Of a stretch of 64,000 nucleotides of DNA, positions 46,371-60,700 are shown piece after piece. Below the pieces are notes generated by a model. It had not been told where the DNA came from, did not search any database, and saw nothing but the letters and a program-made list of their open reading frames with translations. The stretch is from Eledone cirrhosa (Eukaryota), in the NCBI GenBank assembly GCA_964016885.1, contig OZ024742.1:125488001-125552000 (forward strand), given 5' to 3'. Positions within the stretch are counted from its first letter, which is position 1. The number at the start of each line of letters is the position of its first letter. Position numbers and translations under genes: made by a program.

Positions 46371-46842
46371 TATATATATATATATATAGGTATATATATA
46401 TATAGGTATAGTAATAATAATAAATTTGAAGACTAAAATCCAAAGAGGGCTCGATAAGGATAAATATATATCAAATATATAAGAACCATAGAGCAAATAT
46501 TTATTAAATAACAGATTAAAGTTTAAGCAAAAACTTTAATCTGTTATTTAATAAATATATATAGGTATATATATATATATATATATATAGGTATATATAT
46601 ATATAGGTATATATATATATAGGTATATATATATATATATATAGGTATATATATATATATATATAGGTATATATATATATATATATATATAGGTATATAG
46701 GTATATATACATAGGTATATATATATATATATAGGTATATATATATATATATATAGAGGTATATATATATATATATAGGTATATATATATATATATAGGT
46801 ATATATATATATATATATATAGGTATATATATATATATATAT

Positions 46843-46899
<57 letters not shown>

Positions 46900-47205
46900 G
46901 GTATATATATATAGGTATATATATATATATATAGGTATATATATATATATATATAGGTATATATATATATATATATAGGTATATAGTATATATATATATA
47001 TATATGTGTGTGTTATATATATGTTACCAGTACAACCTGTTATATGTATATATATATGTTATATATATGTTACGAGTACAACCTGTTATATGTATGTATA
47101 TATGTAAGTATATGTATATATATATGTAAGTATATATGTATGTATGTATATATGTATGTATATGTATGTATATGTATGTATATATATATGTATGTATATA
47201 TATAT

Positions 47206-47776
47206 GTTACCAGTACAACCTGTCCCATGGTCGGGTCGCAGGCGACTAAACTGGCAACCCCACCAAGGTTTCTTGGTGGGGAGGGTGACTTTGGACATCC
47301 TGCAGGACTAAAAACAAAACCTGTCAAAGGGCAAAGGAGCTCTTAAGAATCAATGGCCATCCAAAATCACCGGGAGAGATGACCCCTTAGCCTTTGTCAA
47401 GTAGAATTCTAGGAGAAGGAAAACTCTGATATAACACCTGCAACCCTGATGGTATCCAACGATGTTGACTTGTTCTTCTTTTTGGTAAATATCATCTTGG
47501 TTAAGAGAGTGGGACTGGCTTTGTGCAGAGCCTTTGCTCACTATAAAAGCTTCACGGCACAGGCATTGCTTTATATCTGGAGATCTCTCTGCACTTGTCG
47601 TCATACCATGGGCTCAGCACTATGTGTCAATAATTGTCACAGGTGTAGTGTTTGTACCAGAGTTTTCAAGTCGCTGGCTGGACTAAAATGTCACACTCGT
47701 TCAGCGCATCGGTAGGGGTTCTCCTACATGGATATAAAGTAGTGGCCGTACATGAAAACGAGTTGACAGCCACGAT
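47206..47776 (+). mobile_element. Second copy of the bipartite RTE-derived element
   Basis: Highly similar to 37600-38173. Encodes [24 protein letters not shown]. Confidence 0.75.
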
Positions 47777-47818
47777 ATATATATGTATGTATATACATAT
47801 GTATGTATATATATATGG

Positions 47819-47849
<31 letters not shown>

Positions 47850-47870
47850 TGTATGTATATATATATATAT

Positions 47871-50656
47871 GCATGTCTTGGACTGTTGAAGTGGACATTC
47901 TCTAATGGATACTGTGAATCAGTCACTGTGCACAATAAAGCCAATGACCTGACATTAATTGGGCTCTATAGGCCACCACAAACACCCATAATCTGTTTCA
48001 AAGAATGCCTCAACAGTATTAAATGCTTTATTAAACAATGCCATTCTAACAACATACTTTTGATGGGACACTTTAATCTACCCTGTGTCGATTGGTCTAC
48101 ATGTAGTTTGAAACCAGGCTCCACAGCCTCAACCACTGACAAAGAGGCATTCGAGTCACTTCTTGACTTCATGAATGACTTTTTCTTGTCCCAACTTGTC
48201 CTTGCACTAAAGAGGCATCAGAAGAACATTCTGGATCTAGTGATTAGTAACCACACTAACACTATACATAATATTACAGTGGAAAAAACCCTTCTCGCAG
48301 ACCATGACATGGTTCTTTGTAACCTGAGATTCCACCAGCCGAAGGCTAATCCCAGGGTCCTCTCTCCAGCCCACCCATTTGATAACATGGATCTCCACAA
48401 TACCAACTGGGATGAAATTATGAACGAACTATCACATGTCGACTGGTCTTTTACACACGCACACACTTCCACCAACATCAAAACATCTTGGCAGATCTTT
48501 GTAGACACTGTCACAAATATATGTACAAAACACACCCCACCAAAACCTGTGACAACACAAAGTGTAGTATCCCCCAAAACAGAAAAACAATTATCAGAAA
48601 AATAAAAAGAACAAACAAAGAAATTAACACACTAAAATACTGCCAACAGCAACACACACATTTGATGGCTATCACCCTGCTTGAGTAAAAAAAATATAAC
48701 CTCCAGCAATGCATGATGACCATCTTCAATAACCAGAGAATAGCTGAAGAGAGGTGGGCCATTGAGAAAATCAAACTCAACCACAAAGTGTTCTTCTCAT
48801 TCGCTAAAAAACACAAGGTCACCGTCTCCACTGTTGGCCCCCTAGTTGATGAAAATGGCACACTCCAGGACAATGCCAAAACCGTGGGCGAGATACTGCA
48901 GAAGCAATACTGCTCTGTTTTCAGCAACCCTGATATGGCCGATCTGGGCACTATCAGTGATATTAACCCCTAACACACTATATCAGACATAACGTTTGGC
49001 GCCCCTGATGTCTTAGCGGCAATAAACGAAATTAAACACAATTCAGCAGTAGACCCCGACAAGTTCCCTGCTTGTGTCCTAAAGGTGTGTCGATACCAAC
49101 TTGCAACTCCTCTTGCTAATCTGTGGAGGAACTCACTGGACACTGGCGATATTCCTGAAAACTTTCTATCCCAGTCCGTTGTCCCAGTCTTCAAAAAGGG
49201 AAATACGTCCCTTGCAGTGAACTACCGTCCGATCTCACTCACCACTCATATTATCAAGCTATTTGAGAGGGTTGTGAGATCACGAATAACCCACTTTCTT
49301 GAAAGCAACGGCCTGCTGAACTCCAACCAACATGGATTCCGTAATGGAAGGGACTGCCTAACGCAGCTCCTGCATCACTTTGACGATGTTTTGAGAGCCT
49401 TGGGAGAGGGCTCCAACACTGATGTCATCTACCTTGATTTCAGCAAGGCCTTCGCCAGGGTTGATCATAAGATTCTACTGAAAAACTTATCCAAAGTTGG
49501 TGTCTCTGGAAGATTACTACAGTGGATCAAATGTTTCCTGACAGGCAGAATCCAGCATGTTGTAGTCGGAGTAAAATCAAGCCCTGCCAAAGTCAGCAGT
49601 GGCTTCCCACAAGGCACTGTGTTGGGCCCACTTCTTTTCATCATCTACATTAATGACATTACTGACATCATCAAACACAGCAACATCAGAATCTTCGCAG
49701 ATGATGCCAAGCTCCAAAGGGTCATCAATGAGGTGGGTGACCGGACTTGCCTTCAGTCAGACCTACTGGCTGTTATCCAATGGGTAGAGATGAATAATAT
49801 GCTGTTGAATGAGGATAAATTTGAACTAATCCACTTTGGAAAAAAGGATGCCCTGAAACTACCATACTCTCTTCCTTCGGGTGAAACTCTAGTGGTTTCC
49901 AATAACATCAGAGACCTGGGAGTAATTGTGGACAACAATATAAGCTGGGCTACCTATATAAACAGCAAAGTTGATATGGCCCGCAGAATGTGTTCCTGGA
50001 TTCTCAGAACTTTCCAGTCGAGAGATATCCACACTGATGGCCTTCTCTTCTCCACTTTTGCCAGATCCCATCTTGAATACTGTTGTCCGCTGTGGTCAGC
50101 CCGCACGGAAAAAAGTATCATGAAAGTTGAAGCATCCCAAAGGTCAATTACAAAAAAGATAGAGGGCATGACAGGCCTTGACTATTGTGGTCGATTAGAA
50201 AAGCTCAAACTTTATTCTCTCCAACGTCGCCGTGAGCGCTACATTATCTGTATGATGTGGAAAATATTAAATCAGCTTAGCCCAAATGATGTTGGCATCA
50301 CTTTTAGTGTACACCCAAGGCTTGGGCCCTGTGATATCCGCCCACGACAAAAATCCCACTCGCATCACATAGCAACAATACGGCACAATTATTTCACCTC
50401 AATTGGCCCTGCACTCGTTAACATTACACCAAAACACATCAAAGCAGAGACAGACCCCCTCAAGTTCAAGAAGTCTTTGGATAAATTCCTTCAAGAAATC
50501 CCGGATAAGCCTCCTACACCCGGATATGCCTCCGTAAAGAATAACTCTCTGCTCGAGTGGGCCATGGTGCCCAAACACTGATTTGTAAGACTTCGCCAAG
50601 TGGTCCTATTAAGTTAGACATGGCCTGGGCCAATACTGGCCGAAACTTATCAAAGT
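47871..50656 (+). mobile_element. CR1-group LINE, 5'-truncated, with frameshifted ORF2 (APE + RT)
   Basis: IGLYRPP, GHFNLP.VDW, ILDLV, DHDMV, NYRPISLT, QHGFR, YLDFSKAF, SGFPQGTVLGPLLF, FADD, RDLGVIVD, RSHLEYCCPLW, YSLQRRRER. Confidence 0.9.
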
Positions 50657-50693
<37 letters not shown>

Positions 50694-50730
50694 GTGTGTA
50701 TATGTATTTATGTATATGTATATATATATG

Positions 50731-50763
<33 letters not shown>

Positions 50764-50982
50764 TGTTATATTTGGGGAGGGTCATATTTGCGTAATATTG
50801 CCAGAATTAATAACAGAACACACTCACTGTTTGGTTGGTTTTCGCTTCTCGCTGTCTTTTATATATATATATCTGCGATCTAACTTACTCGGTCCTCAAT
50901 GTTGCCATTGACTGACCGGCGGTCAAAAATAATACAGATACAATATAGACGCAAACACATATATATATAGTTTACATAATTT

Positions 50983-51026
50983 ACATAAATCTTTCGTTGC
51001 ACATCTGCAACATCGTCAGTGGTGTT
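50983..51026 (-). ncRNA. Hammerhead-like motif in the pLTR (family J; also 55109-55152 minus and 59385-59428 plus)
   Basis: CA-CTGACGA-t-GTTGCA-gatg-TGCAAC-GAAA-GATT-TA-TG. Same layout and position as family E; stem I is very weak. Confidence 0.6.
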
Positions 51027-51287
51027 ATATTCATTGTTCCTCCTGTTGTGTTGTATGTCTACGCCATTTTTTTTGTTCAGTCTGTCTATATATTTATTTA
51101 TTTATTTGCTTGTTTGTTTATCTTATTTTATTTTGTCTTCTTTGCGCATGCGTTTGCGTGTATGTATAGTGTTATGTGTGATGTGTGACTAGTGTGTATA
51201 GTGTTGTGTCTGCTGGGTGACTAGTGTGTGTTTATGTGCTTGTGTATGTATTTATTTATCTTATTTTATTTAATTTTATTTACTTAT

Positions 51288-54200
51288 TTATACTTCTCTT
51301 AGGTCAGTGTTGTTTGTTTGGGTGTTGTTGTTGTTCCACTCATTCTTTCTGTTTAGCTTTGGTTTTCTAATTTCTATTTCACTGGCCTCTCTGATTTGCC
51401 TATCTGCTGGGTCATTCCTATGTTTAGATATTATTCTAATTTCTATGTTGTCTATGTTACCGTCATGTTGTTGTCTAGCATGTTCGTATAGTACTGACCC
51501 GTTTTTTCGTCCTTTTAGTTCCCCCCAGTGTTGGTCTATCCTTTCACCTATGCTACGAGCTGTCTCACCTATGTATGTTGTTGTCATGTTTCTGCAAGTA
51601 CCCTCTCTACATCTTATGCTATAGACTACGTTTCTAGTTTTACAGTTTATCCGGGGGTTCACCTTACATATGATACATTTCCTATTGGTACAGTGGGTTT
51701 TCTTAAAAGGGTAGGTTTTGCTGATCAGGGATTTTATGGTGGTTCCTGGCTTTTCTACCACCTTTATTTTTAAGTGGGTCTTTCTCAGGGCCTTTCTACA
51801 CTGGTTAGCTAATTTCCCTCCAGGGGTGGCGTCCACAAACATGACACTCTGATATCTCTCGTTGTCGTACCATGATGTGGCCTTCCCTATCTTATGTCTA
51901 GCCCTATCTAAGCTATTCCATGATTTGCTCCTGTATAGTGGGCAAATTCCTTTCATGTCCAGTTCTATGAGGGTCTTATACTTTTCCATGGCTCCTTCGT
52001 ATACTCTGACTCTGTCTCTTTGGTTGTAGCCAGAGAACTGCATGCGGTTGATGAAGTGTTGGATGTGTCCTTCCATTTCTGTTGGGTCGCACATGCTGGA
52101 CACATTCTTCATCACTCGTACCAAATCTGCGATCAGAATATTAAACTTAGCACTACTGGACATTGCTGAGTTTTTGAGTATCAGGTATTTGGAGGCCATG
52201 GGTTTAGCATAGTGTGAGTGGAGAATTTGGGCTCTCTCGTCTATAGTGTTAATCCAGAGTTCTGTGTCTAATACAGGTAGTCTATTGTTAGGGTGTTTGG
52301 AAGGGAAGTCTATAGTTACAGTTATACTCTGGTGTATGGAATTAGCTATCTGCTAGATGCTTTCCATCGTGCTACGTTCTAAATCAAACTTGTTAGTGCT
52401 CTCTAGTGGGGGTGTTCTTATAATTATATTGATATCGTCTACATAACGAGAGTACATGATGAGGTCTATGGAGCTTTCATTAAGGAGATCTTTAAGTCTC
52501 CTTTCCCACCATACCATGAAAAGGTTGGCAACATCACCAGCTATGCTGACGCCGATGGCTGCTCCCTCATTTTGGGTGTAGATTTTCTCATTGAACTTAA
52601 ATATGTGGCCCTTTAGGGTAGTTTTGATACTAGCCCCTATTGCATGTGCGACCATTTTTCTTACCTGATCAGTGTTTTGGGGGTCCGTATAGCTTTGGTC
52701 CACCCAATCCACCTTCCTATGGGAGTCTTTTTAGCCATTGAGGTTATGGTGGGGGGTCTACCTCTTATAGGTCTACTAGGGCAGAAACATCTAAGGTCAT
52801 GGCTGTCTAGGTAGTCAGTGTCGTAGGTAAGTCTAAGTAGGAGGCCCAGTTCGTCTGTGTCGACGTCGCAGAACTCCACCTCACTCTCAATGATCATCTC
52901 CACACATCTTTTCACAGCAAAATCAATGTTAATGGATGGGTACAGTGACACCACAACCATGCTGCCTATTATGCAGTTGGATAGGCTCCTGTTTTTGTTG
53001 CACTCACTGATTCTGCTGAGGAGGTCCTCTGTACTTTCACATACATCTGGGGACATCTTGATTATGGGGCGTATAACCATTGAGAGGAAGTAGGAGATCC
53101 TGTAGTTGCTAGCTATATTAGCTCCGCATACGGGTCTTGTTGGTGGTCCTGTTGTCGGGTCGTCGACTGTCTTGTGGTCTTTGCGGAGCCCATACAAGGG
53201 TGGTATGCCATTGTTAGACGCCTGGAAGTTGTTGGCAGTGCGTCTGCTTGGCTTTAGGATGTCAGTCCACATCATCATGTGAGCGTTGAGGATTTTCTCT
53301 CTCCCATCGTGTGTTAGTTGTGCAACTTCGCTCGTGTTGGTGATGTGGGGTTGCATTGCCTCGATGTAGTTCGGCATGCTATCTATTGACATCCTACCAG
53401 ACTTATCTGTGGGTAGACACACTACCTCACCATCCCTTGTGCGCTGCTTGAGGCTAACCAAGCCTTCTACAGGTTTTATCCCAAGTTGTTGGGCCTCTGG
53501 TCTGCTCTGTCTCATAGTGTACCTGTCTACTACTTGTCTAATCTTATTTCTAGCTATGGTGAACTGTGCCTCCGTCTCGTCATCTATTTGCTGTGGTATG
53601 CAAACTCTTTTATTAAAGGGTAACCTCGTAGGATAGATATTACCCATCTTATATGTTTTGTCAGCTGGGTTGAAAAATAGTTTCTCTAAGGGGTTGTCGT
53701 TATTTCTATCGTCATAGTTGTGTGTCTTGCTATTATTGTTATCATGGTGGTTGTTGTTGTTTCTATCATTAGCATTAATATTATTATTGTTATGATTGCT
53801 AGATGTATTGTTGTTTACTTCACCGTTATTGTTGTTGTTGTTACTGCTATTTCTACCATTGTGGTTGTTACTATTATTATGTTTCTTGTTTTTGTTGATG
53901 TTGCTACATGTACTATTTCCATTATTACCACTGTGGTTATTGTTGTTGTTCGTATTGTTACCGTTATTACTACTGTGGTCACTGTTGCTGTGTCTGTGGT
54001 TAACGTTTCTATTATTATTATTATTGTGGTTGTTGTTGTTCTGTCTATCGCTAGTATTATTGCCATTATCACTATTTCTCACTTTCCTGCCATTGTTATG
54101 GTTATGGCTGTTATTTCTATACCCAGAGTTATTGTTTATATTACTACTACCGTTATTATTGTTGTTGTTGTTTACCTTTGCATTCCAACGTATTTTTGTG

Positions 54201-54913
54201 AAACACTTTTCCAGCTCCGTTTTGCATTCCATAGGGTTAATCTTTTTGTAGATGGCAAATTTTGGTGGTAACTTTAGGATTTGTTGTTCTTGTTCACTGA
54301 TTAAAGTGTTCCCATAGATATTTACTGTGTGGTCATTGGTAAATTCTTCCGGTAGTTTTACATCACTCATACGGATGTTGTCGATGTTATCTGGGTATTT
54401 TTGAGAATATTCGATTTTCCTTTCTTGTAGTTTTTTCTTATTCATCCATTCTAATTTCTTCTTGAAATGCCTACAGCATTCGTTTTGAGCATATTTCGTT
54501 TCGCGTCGGATGACGCTCATGAAGTCATCTCTCTCGTTTGCTGTGATGAGATTTCGGATTTCCTTACCGCTGATGCGTTTTTGTCTGTAGAGTGCGTTGA
54601 CTTTTGTGTATGTTGTTCTTTTCATATTAACTGTTATTGTGTGTTTTAGCCGTTCAGCTTGTGTTTTGTTCAATAATAAATTATTTACTTGTTTTGATAT
54701 GTTTGTTGTGTATGTTTTGGAGGAAACACAGTGTTTTAAGAAGCGGATTTGTTCTGTTGTTATTGTAGTTTTTATATAACAGAAAACAGTGTCTTTCAAT
54801 AACCTTTCAGCTTGGCACAAGCTAATGCCATAGCGGCGATGAATTAGTTTTGCGAGGTTTTTTATATGAAATCGTGTGTCGAAACAGATATTGTTATATT
54901 TGGGGAGGGTCAT
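51288..54913 (-). pseudogene. PLE ORF copy A (full length, ~1208 aa if repaired)
   Basis: RT (YSRYVDD) and GIY-YIG (NVVY..YIGETAR). 1-bp loss in the G-run near 52680, TAG at 52353, D>V in MDVVSLY. Confidence 0.92.
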
Positions 54914-55412
54914 ATTTGCGTAATATTGCCAGAATTAATAACAGAACACACTCACTGTTTGGTTGGTTTTCGCTTCTCGCTGTCTTTTATATATATATAT
55001 CTGCGATCTAACTTACTCGGTCCTCAATGTTGCCATTGACTGACCGGCGGTCAAAAATAATACAGATACAATATAGACGCAAACACATATATATAGTTTA
55101 CATAATTTACATAAATCTTTCGTTGCACATCTGCAACATCGTCAGTGGTGTTATATTCATTGTTCCTCCTGTTGTGTTGTATGTCTACGCCATTTTTTTG
55201 TTCAGTCTGTCTATATATTTATTTATTTATTTGCTTGTTTGTTTATCTTATTTTATTTTGTCTTCTTTGCGCATGCGTTTGCGTGTGTGTATAGTGTTAT
55301 GTGTGATGTGTGACTAGTGTGTATAGTGTTGTGTCTGCTGGGTGACTAGTGTGTGTTTATGTGCTTGTGTATGTATTTATTTATCTTATTTTATTTAATT
55401 TTATTTACTTAT

Positions 55413-58400
55413 TTATACTTCTCTTAGGTCAGTGTTGTTTGTTTGGGTGTTGTTGTTGTTCCACTCATTCTTTCTGTTTAGCTTTGGTTTTCTAATTTCT
55501 ATTTCACTGGCCTCTCTGATTTGCCTATCTGCTGGGTCATTCCTATGTTTAGATATTATTCTAATTTCTATGTTGTCTATGTTACCGTCATGTTGTTGTC
55601 TAGCATGTTCGTATAGTACTGACCCGTTTTTTCGTCCTTTTAGTTCCCCCCAGTGTTGGTCTATCCTTTCACCTATGCTACGAGCTGTCTCACCTATGTA
55701 TGTTGTTGTCATGTTTCTGCAAGTACCCTCTCTACATCTTATGCTATAGACTACGTTTCTAGTTTTACAGTTTATCCGGGGGTTCACCTTACATATGATA
55801 CATTTCCTATTGGTACAGTGGGTTTTCTTAAAAGGGTAGGTTTTGCTGATCAGGGATTTTATGGTGGTTCCTGGCTTTTCTACCACCTTTATTTTTAAGT
55901 GGGTCTTTCTCAGGGCCTTTCTACACTGGTTAGCTAATTTCCCTCCAGGGGTGGCGTCCACAAACATGACACTCTGATATCTCTGGTTGTCGTACCATGA
56001 TGTGGCCTTCCCTATCTTATGTCTAGCCCTATCTAAGCTATTCCATGATTTGCTCCTGTATAGTGGGCAAATTCCTTTCGTGTCCAGTTCTATGAGGGTC
56101 TTATACTTTTCCATGGCTCCTTCGTATACTCTGACTCTGTCTCTTTGGTTGTAGCCAGAGAACTGCATGCGGTTGATGAAGTGTTGGATGTGTCCTTCCA
56201 TTTCTGTTGGGTCGCACATGCTGGACACATTCTTCATCACTCGTACCAAATCTGCGATCAGAATATTAAACTTAGCACTACTGGACATTGCTGAGTTTTT
56301 GAGTATCAGGTATTTGGAGGCCATGGGTTTAGCATAGTGTGAGTGGAGAATTTGGGCTCTCTCGTCTATAGTGTTAATCCAGAGTTCTGTGTCTAATACA
56401 GGTAGTCTATTGTTAGGGTGTTTGGAAGGGAAGTCTATAGTTACAGTTATAGTCTGGTGTATGGAATTAGCTATCTGCCGGATGCTTTCCATCGTGCTAC
56501 GTTCTAAATCAAACTTGTTAGTGCTCTCTAGTGGGGGTGTTCTTATAACTATATTGATATCGTCTACATAACGAGAGTACATGATGAGGTCTATGGAGCT
56601 TTCATTAAGGAGATCTTTAAGTCTCCTTTCCCACCATACCATGAAAAGGTTGGCAACATCACCAGCTATGTTGACGCCGATGGCTGCTCCCTCGTTTTGG
56701 GTGTAGATTTTCTCATTGAACTTAAATATGTGGCCCTTTAGGGTAGTTTTGATACTAGCCCCTATTGCATGTGCGACCATTTTTCTTACCTGATCAGTGT
56801 TTTGGGGGGTCCGTATAGCGTTGGTCCACCCAATCCACCTTCCTATGGGAGTCTTTTTAGCCATTGAGGTTATGGTGGGGGGTCTACCTCTTATAGGTCT
56901 ACTAGGGCAGAAACATCTAAGGTCATGGCTGTCTAGTTAGTCAGTGTCGTAGGTAAGTCTAAGTAGGAGGCCCAGTTCGTCTGTGTCGACGTCGCAGAAC
57001 TCCACCTCACTCTCAATGATCATCTCCACACATCTTTTCACAGCAAAATCAATGTTAATGGATGGGTACAGTGACACCACATCCATGCTGCCTATTATGC
57101 AGTTGGATAGGCTCCTGTTTTTGTTGCACTCACTGATTCTGCTGAGGAGGTCCTCTGTACTTTCACATACATCTGGGGACATCTTGATTATGGGGCGTAT
57201 AACCATTGAGAGGAAGTAGGAGATCCTGTAGTTGCTAGCTATATTAGCTCCGCATACGGGTCTTGTTGGTGGTCCTGTTGTCGGGTCGTCGACTGTCTTG
57301 TGGTCTTTGCGGAGCCCATACAAGGGTGGTATGCCATTGTTAGACGCCTGGAAGTTGTTGGCAGTGCGTCTGCTTGGCTTTAGGATGTCAGTCCACATCA
57401 TCATGTGAGCGTTGAGGATTTTCTCTCTCCCATCGTGTGTTAGTTGTGCAACTTCGCTCGTGTTGGTGATGTGGGGTTGCATTGCCTCGATGTAGTTCGG
57501 CATGCTATCTATTGACATCCTACCAGACTTATCTGTGGGTAGACACACTACCTCACCATCCCTTGTGCGCTGCTTGAGGCTAACCAAGCCTTCTACAGGT
57601 TTTATCCCAAGTTGTTGGGCCTCTGGTCTGCTCTGTCTCATAGTGTACCTGTCTACTACTTGTCTAATCTTATTTCTAGCTATGGTGAACTGTGCCTCCG
57701 TCTCGTCATCTATTTGCTGTGGTATGCAAACTCTTTTATTAAAGGGTAACCTCGTAGGATAGATATTACCCATCTTATATGTTTTGTCAGCTGGGTTGAA
57801 AAATAGTTTCTCTAAGGGGTTGTCGTTATTTCTATCGTCATAGTTGTGTGTCTTGCTATTATTGTTATCATGGTGGTTGTTGTTGTTTCTATCATTAGCA
57901 TTAATATTATTATTGTTATGATTGCTAGATGTATTGTTGTTTACTTCACCGTTATTGTTGTTGTTGTTACTGCTATTTCTACCATTGTGGTTGTTACTAT
58001 TATTATGTTTCTTGTTTTTGTTGATGTTGCTACATGTACTATTTCCATTATTACCACTGTGGTTATTGTTGTTGTTCGTATTGTTACCGTTATTACTACT
58101 GTGGTCACTGTTGCTGTGTCTGTGGTTAACGTTTCTATTATTATTATTATTGTGGTTGTTGTTGTTCTGTCTATCGCTAGTATTATTGCCATTATCACTA
58201 TTTCTCACTTTCCTGCCATTGTTATGGTTATGGCTGTTATTTCTATACCCAGAGTTATTGTTTATATTACTACTACCGTTATTATTGTTGTTGTTGTTTA
58301 CCTTTGCATTCCAACGTATTTTTGTGAAACACTTTTCCAGCTCCGTTTTGCATTCCATAGGGTTAATCTTTTTGTAGATGGCAAATTTTGGTGGTAACTT

Positions 58401-58874
58401 TAGGATTTGTTGTTCTTGTTCACTGATTAAAGTGTTCCCATAGATATTTACTGTGTGGTCATTGGTAAATTCTTCCGGTAGTTTTACATCACTCATACGG
58501 ATGTTGTCGATGTTATCTGGGTATTTTTGAGAATATTCGATTTTCCTTTCTTGTAGTTTTTTCTTATTCATCCATTCTAATTTCTTCTTGAAATGCCTAC
58601 AGCATTCGTTTTGAGCATATTTCGTTTCGCGTCGGATGACGCTCATGAAGTCATCTCTCTCGTTTGCTGTGATGAGATTTCGGATTTCCTTACCGCTGAT
58701 GCGTTTTTGTCTGTAGAGTGCGTTGACTTTTGTGTATGTTGTTCTTTTCATATTAACTGTTATTGTGTGTTTTAGCCGTTCAGCTTGTGTTTTGTTCAAT
58801 AATAAATTATTTACTTGTTTTGATATGTTTGTTGTGTATGTTTTGGAGGAAACACAGTGTTTTAAGAAGCGGAT
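55413..58874 (-). pseudogene. PLE ORF copy B (N-terminally truncated, single stop at 56937)
   Basis: ORFs 56937-58874 and 55413-56864 are in frame. TAC>TAA relative to copy A. Confidence 0.92.
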
Positions 58875-59687
58875 AGACAAACACTGGGGGGAACTAAAAG
58901 GACGAAAAAACGGGTCAGTACTATACGAACATGCTAGACAACAACATGACGGTAACATAGACAACATAGAAATTAGAATAATATCTAAACATAGGAATGA
59001 CCCAGCAGATAGGCAAATCAGAGAGGCCAGTGAAATAGAAATTAGAAAACCAAAGCTAAACAGAAAGAATGAGTGGAACAACAACAACACCCAAACAAAC
59101 AACACTGACCTAAGAGAAGTATAAATAAGTAAATAAAATTAAATAAAATAAGATAAATAAATACATACACAAGCACATAAACACACACTAGTCACCCAGC
59201 AGACACAACACTATACACACTAGTCACACATCACACATAACACTATACACACACGCAAACGCATGCGCAAAGAAGACAAAATAAAATAAGATAAACAAAC
59301 AAGCAAATAAATAAATAAATATATAGACAGACTGAACAAAAAAATGGCGTAGACATACAACACAACAGGAGGAACAATGAATATAACACCACTGACGATG
59401 TTGCAGATGTGCAACGAAAGATTTATGTAAATTATGTAAACTATATATATGTGTTTGCGTCTATATTGTATCTGTATTATTTTTGACCGCCGGTCAGTCA
59501 ATGGCAACATTGAGGACCGAGTAAGTTAGATCGCAGATATATATATATAAAAGACAGCGAGAAGCGAAAACCAACCAAACAGTGAGTGTGTTCTGTTATT
59601 AATTCTGGCAATATTACGCAAATATGACCCTCCCCAAATATAACAATATCTGTTTCGACACACGATTTCATATAAAAAACCTCGCAA

Positions 59688-59729
<42 letters not shown>

Positions 59730-59912
59730 ATATATATATATGTGTATATGTATATATATATGTATATATATATGTGTATATATGTATATATATGCGTATA
59801 AATATATATGTATATATATGGGTATATATATATGTATATATATGTTTATATATATATATATATATATGTGTATATATATATGTATATATATGTGTATATA
59901 TATATATGTATA

Positions 59913-59957
<45 letters not shown>

Positions 59958-59960
59958 ATA

Positions 59961-60477
59961 AAGAATTAGTATATCTACCAACATATATATACACAGATGT
60001 ATACCTATGTAAGCAAATATATAGGTATTCTGTTGAGCAAAAATTTGCCAAAATTACTACTATAGTTCATAGTAACAGCTTGGCTACTGTCTTTTTAACA
60101 CCGCACTCCTCACTGATTAACCTCGATGTCACGTGATTGAATCTTTTGAATTTGCTACCGAACAAGAAGGCAGTGATTTTTTCAGTGTCCTGGAATTTAG
60201 TCCCCGCTTGCTCTCTTCCATCCACTGAATATATTTTTGTATAAGTTCCCTGTGTCCACGCATCATCAGGTATCTTAGATGAGAATGACTCCCTGCTGAC
60301 GAAATGGTTTCTCCATGTTCTACATGTATATTCCCTTTCAGAAATAATTAGTTGGAGTGAAATTTAAGTAAGTAAGCTAATTACTATAATTTTCTTATTT
60401 TACGTTTGTTTGCTATATATTTGCTTGCATACGTATACATCTGTGTATATATATGCTGGTAAATATACTAATTATTT
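59961..60477 (+). mobile_element. Diverged family D element with an inverted ~65-bp 5' segment and a degenerate HHR (60288-60358)
   Basis: Body resembles the reverse complement of 11843-12370. ACTCC-CTGCTGA-c-GAAA..TTTC-a-GAAA-TAATTAG-TT-GGAGT. 59961-60023 is inverted relative to 60414-60476. Confidence 0.7.
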
Positions 60478-60560
60478 ATATATGTGTATATACATATATG
60501 TATATATATGTCTGTATATGTATATATGTATATATATATGTGTATATATATATATGTATA

Positions 60561-60599
<39 letters not shown>

Positions 60600-60624
60600 A
60601 TATATATATATATGTATACATGTG

Positions 60625-60696
<72 letters not shown>

Positions 60697-60700
<4 letters not shown>

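Larger units (their letters stand above)
50761..59691 (-). mobile_element. Penelope-like element (Cys-linker, Neptune-like): head-to-tail dimer (unit ~4126 bp) plus inverted pLTR (58871-59691)
   Basis: Copy A 50761-~54890, copy B to 58874 (5'-truncated), then the reverse complement of ~54847-55666 joined via GGAT microhomology. TA tracts on both sides. Confidence 0.95.

Noticed and set aside
56937-59105. 722-aa ORF with a hydrophobic N-terminus, and antisense Leu/Val-rich ORFs
   Set aside because: It is a chance fusion across the inversion junction; the others are antisense reads of the Asn-rich tracts.
59961-60477. MITE with terminal inverted repeats (also considered for 61740-62515)
   Set aside because: A homologue has the same terminus as a direct repeat, the arms are asymmetric and HHRs are present. 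A PLE-type inversion explains it better.
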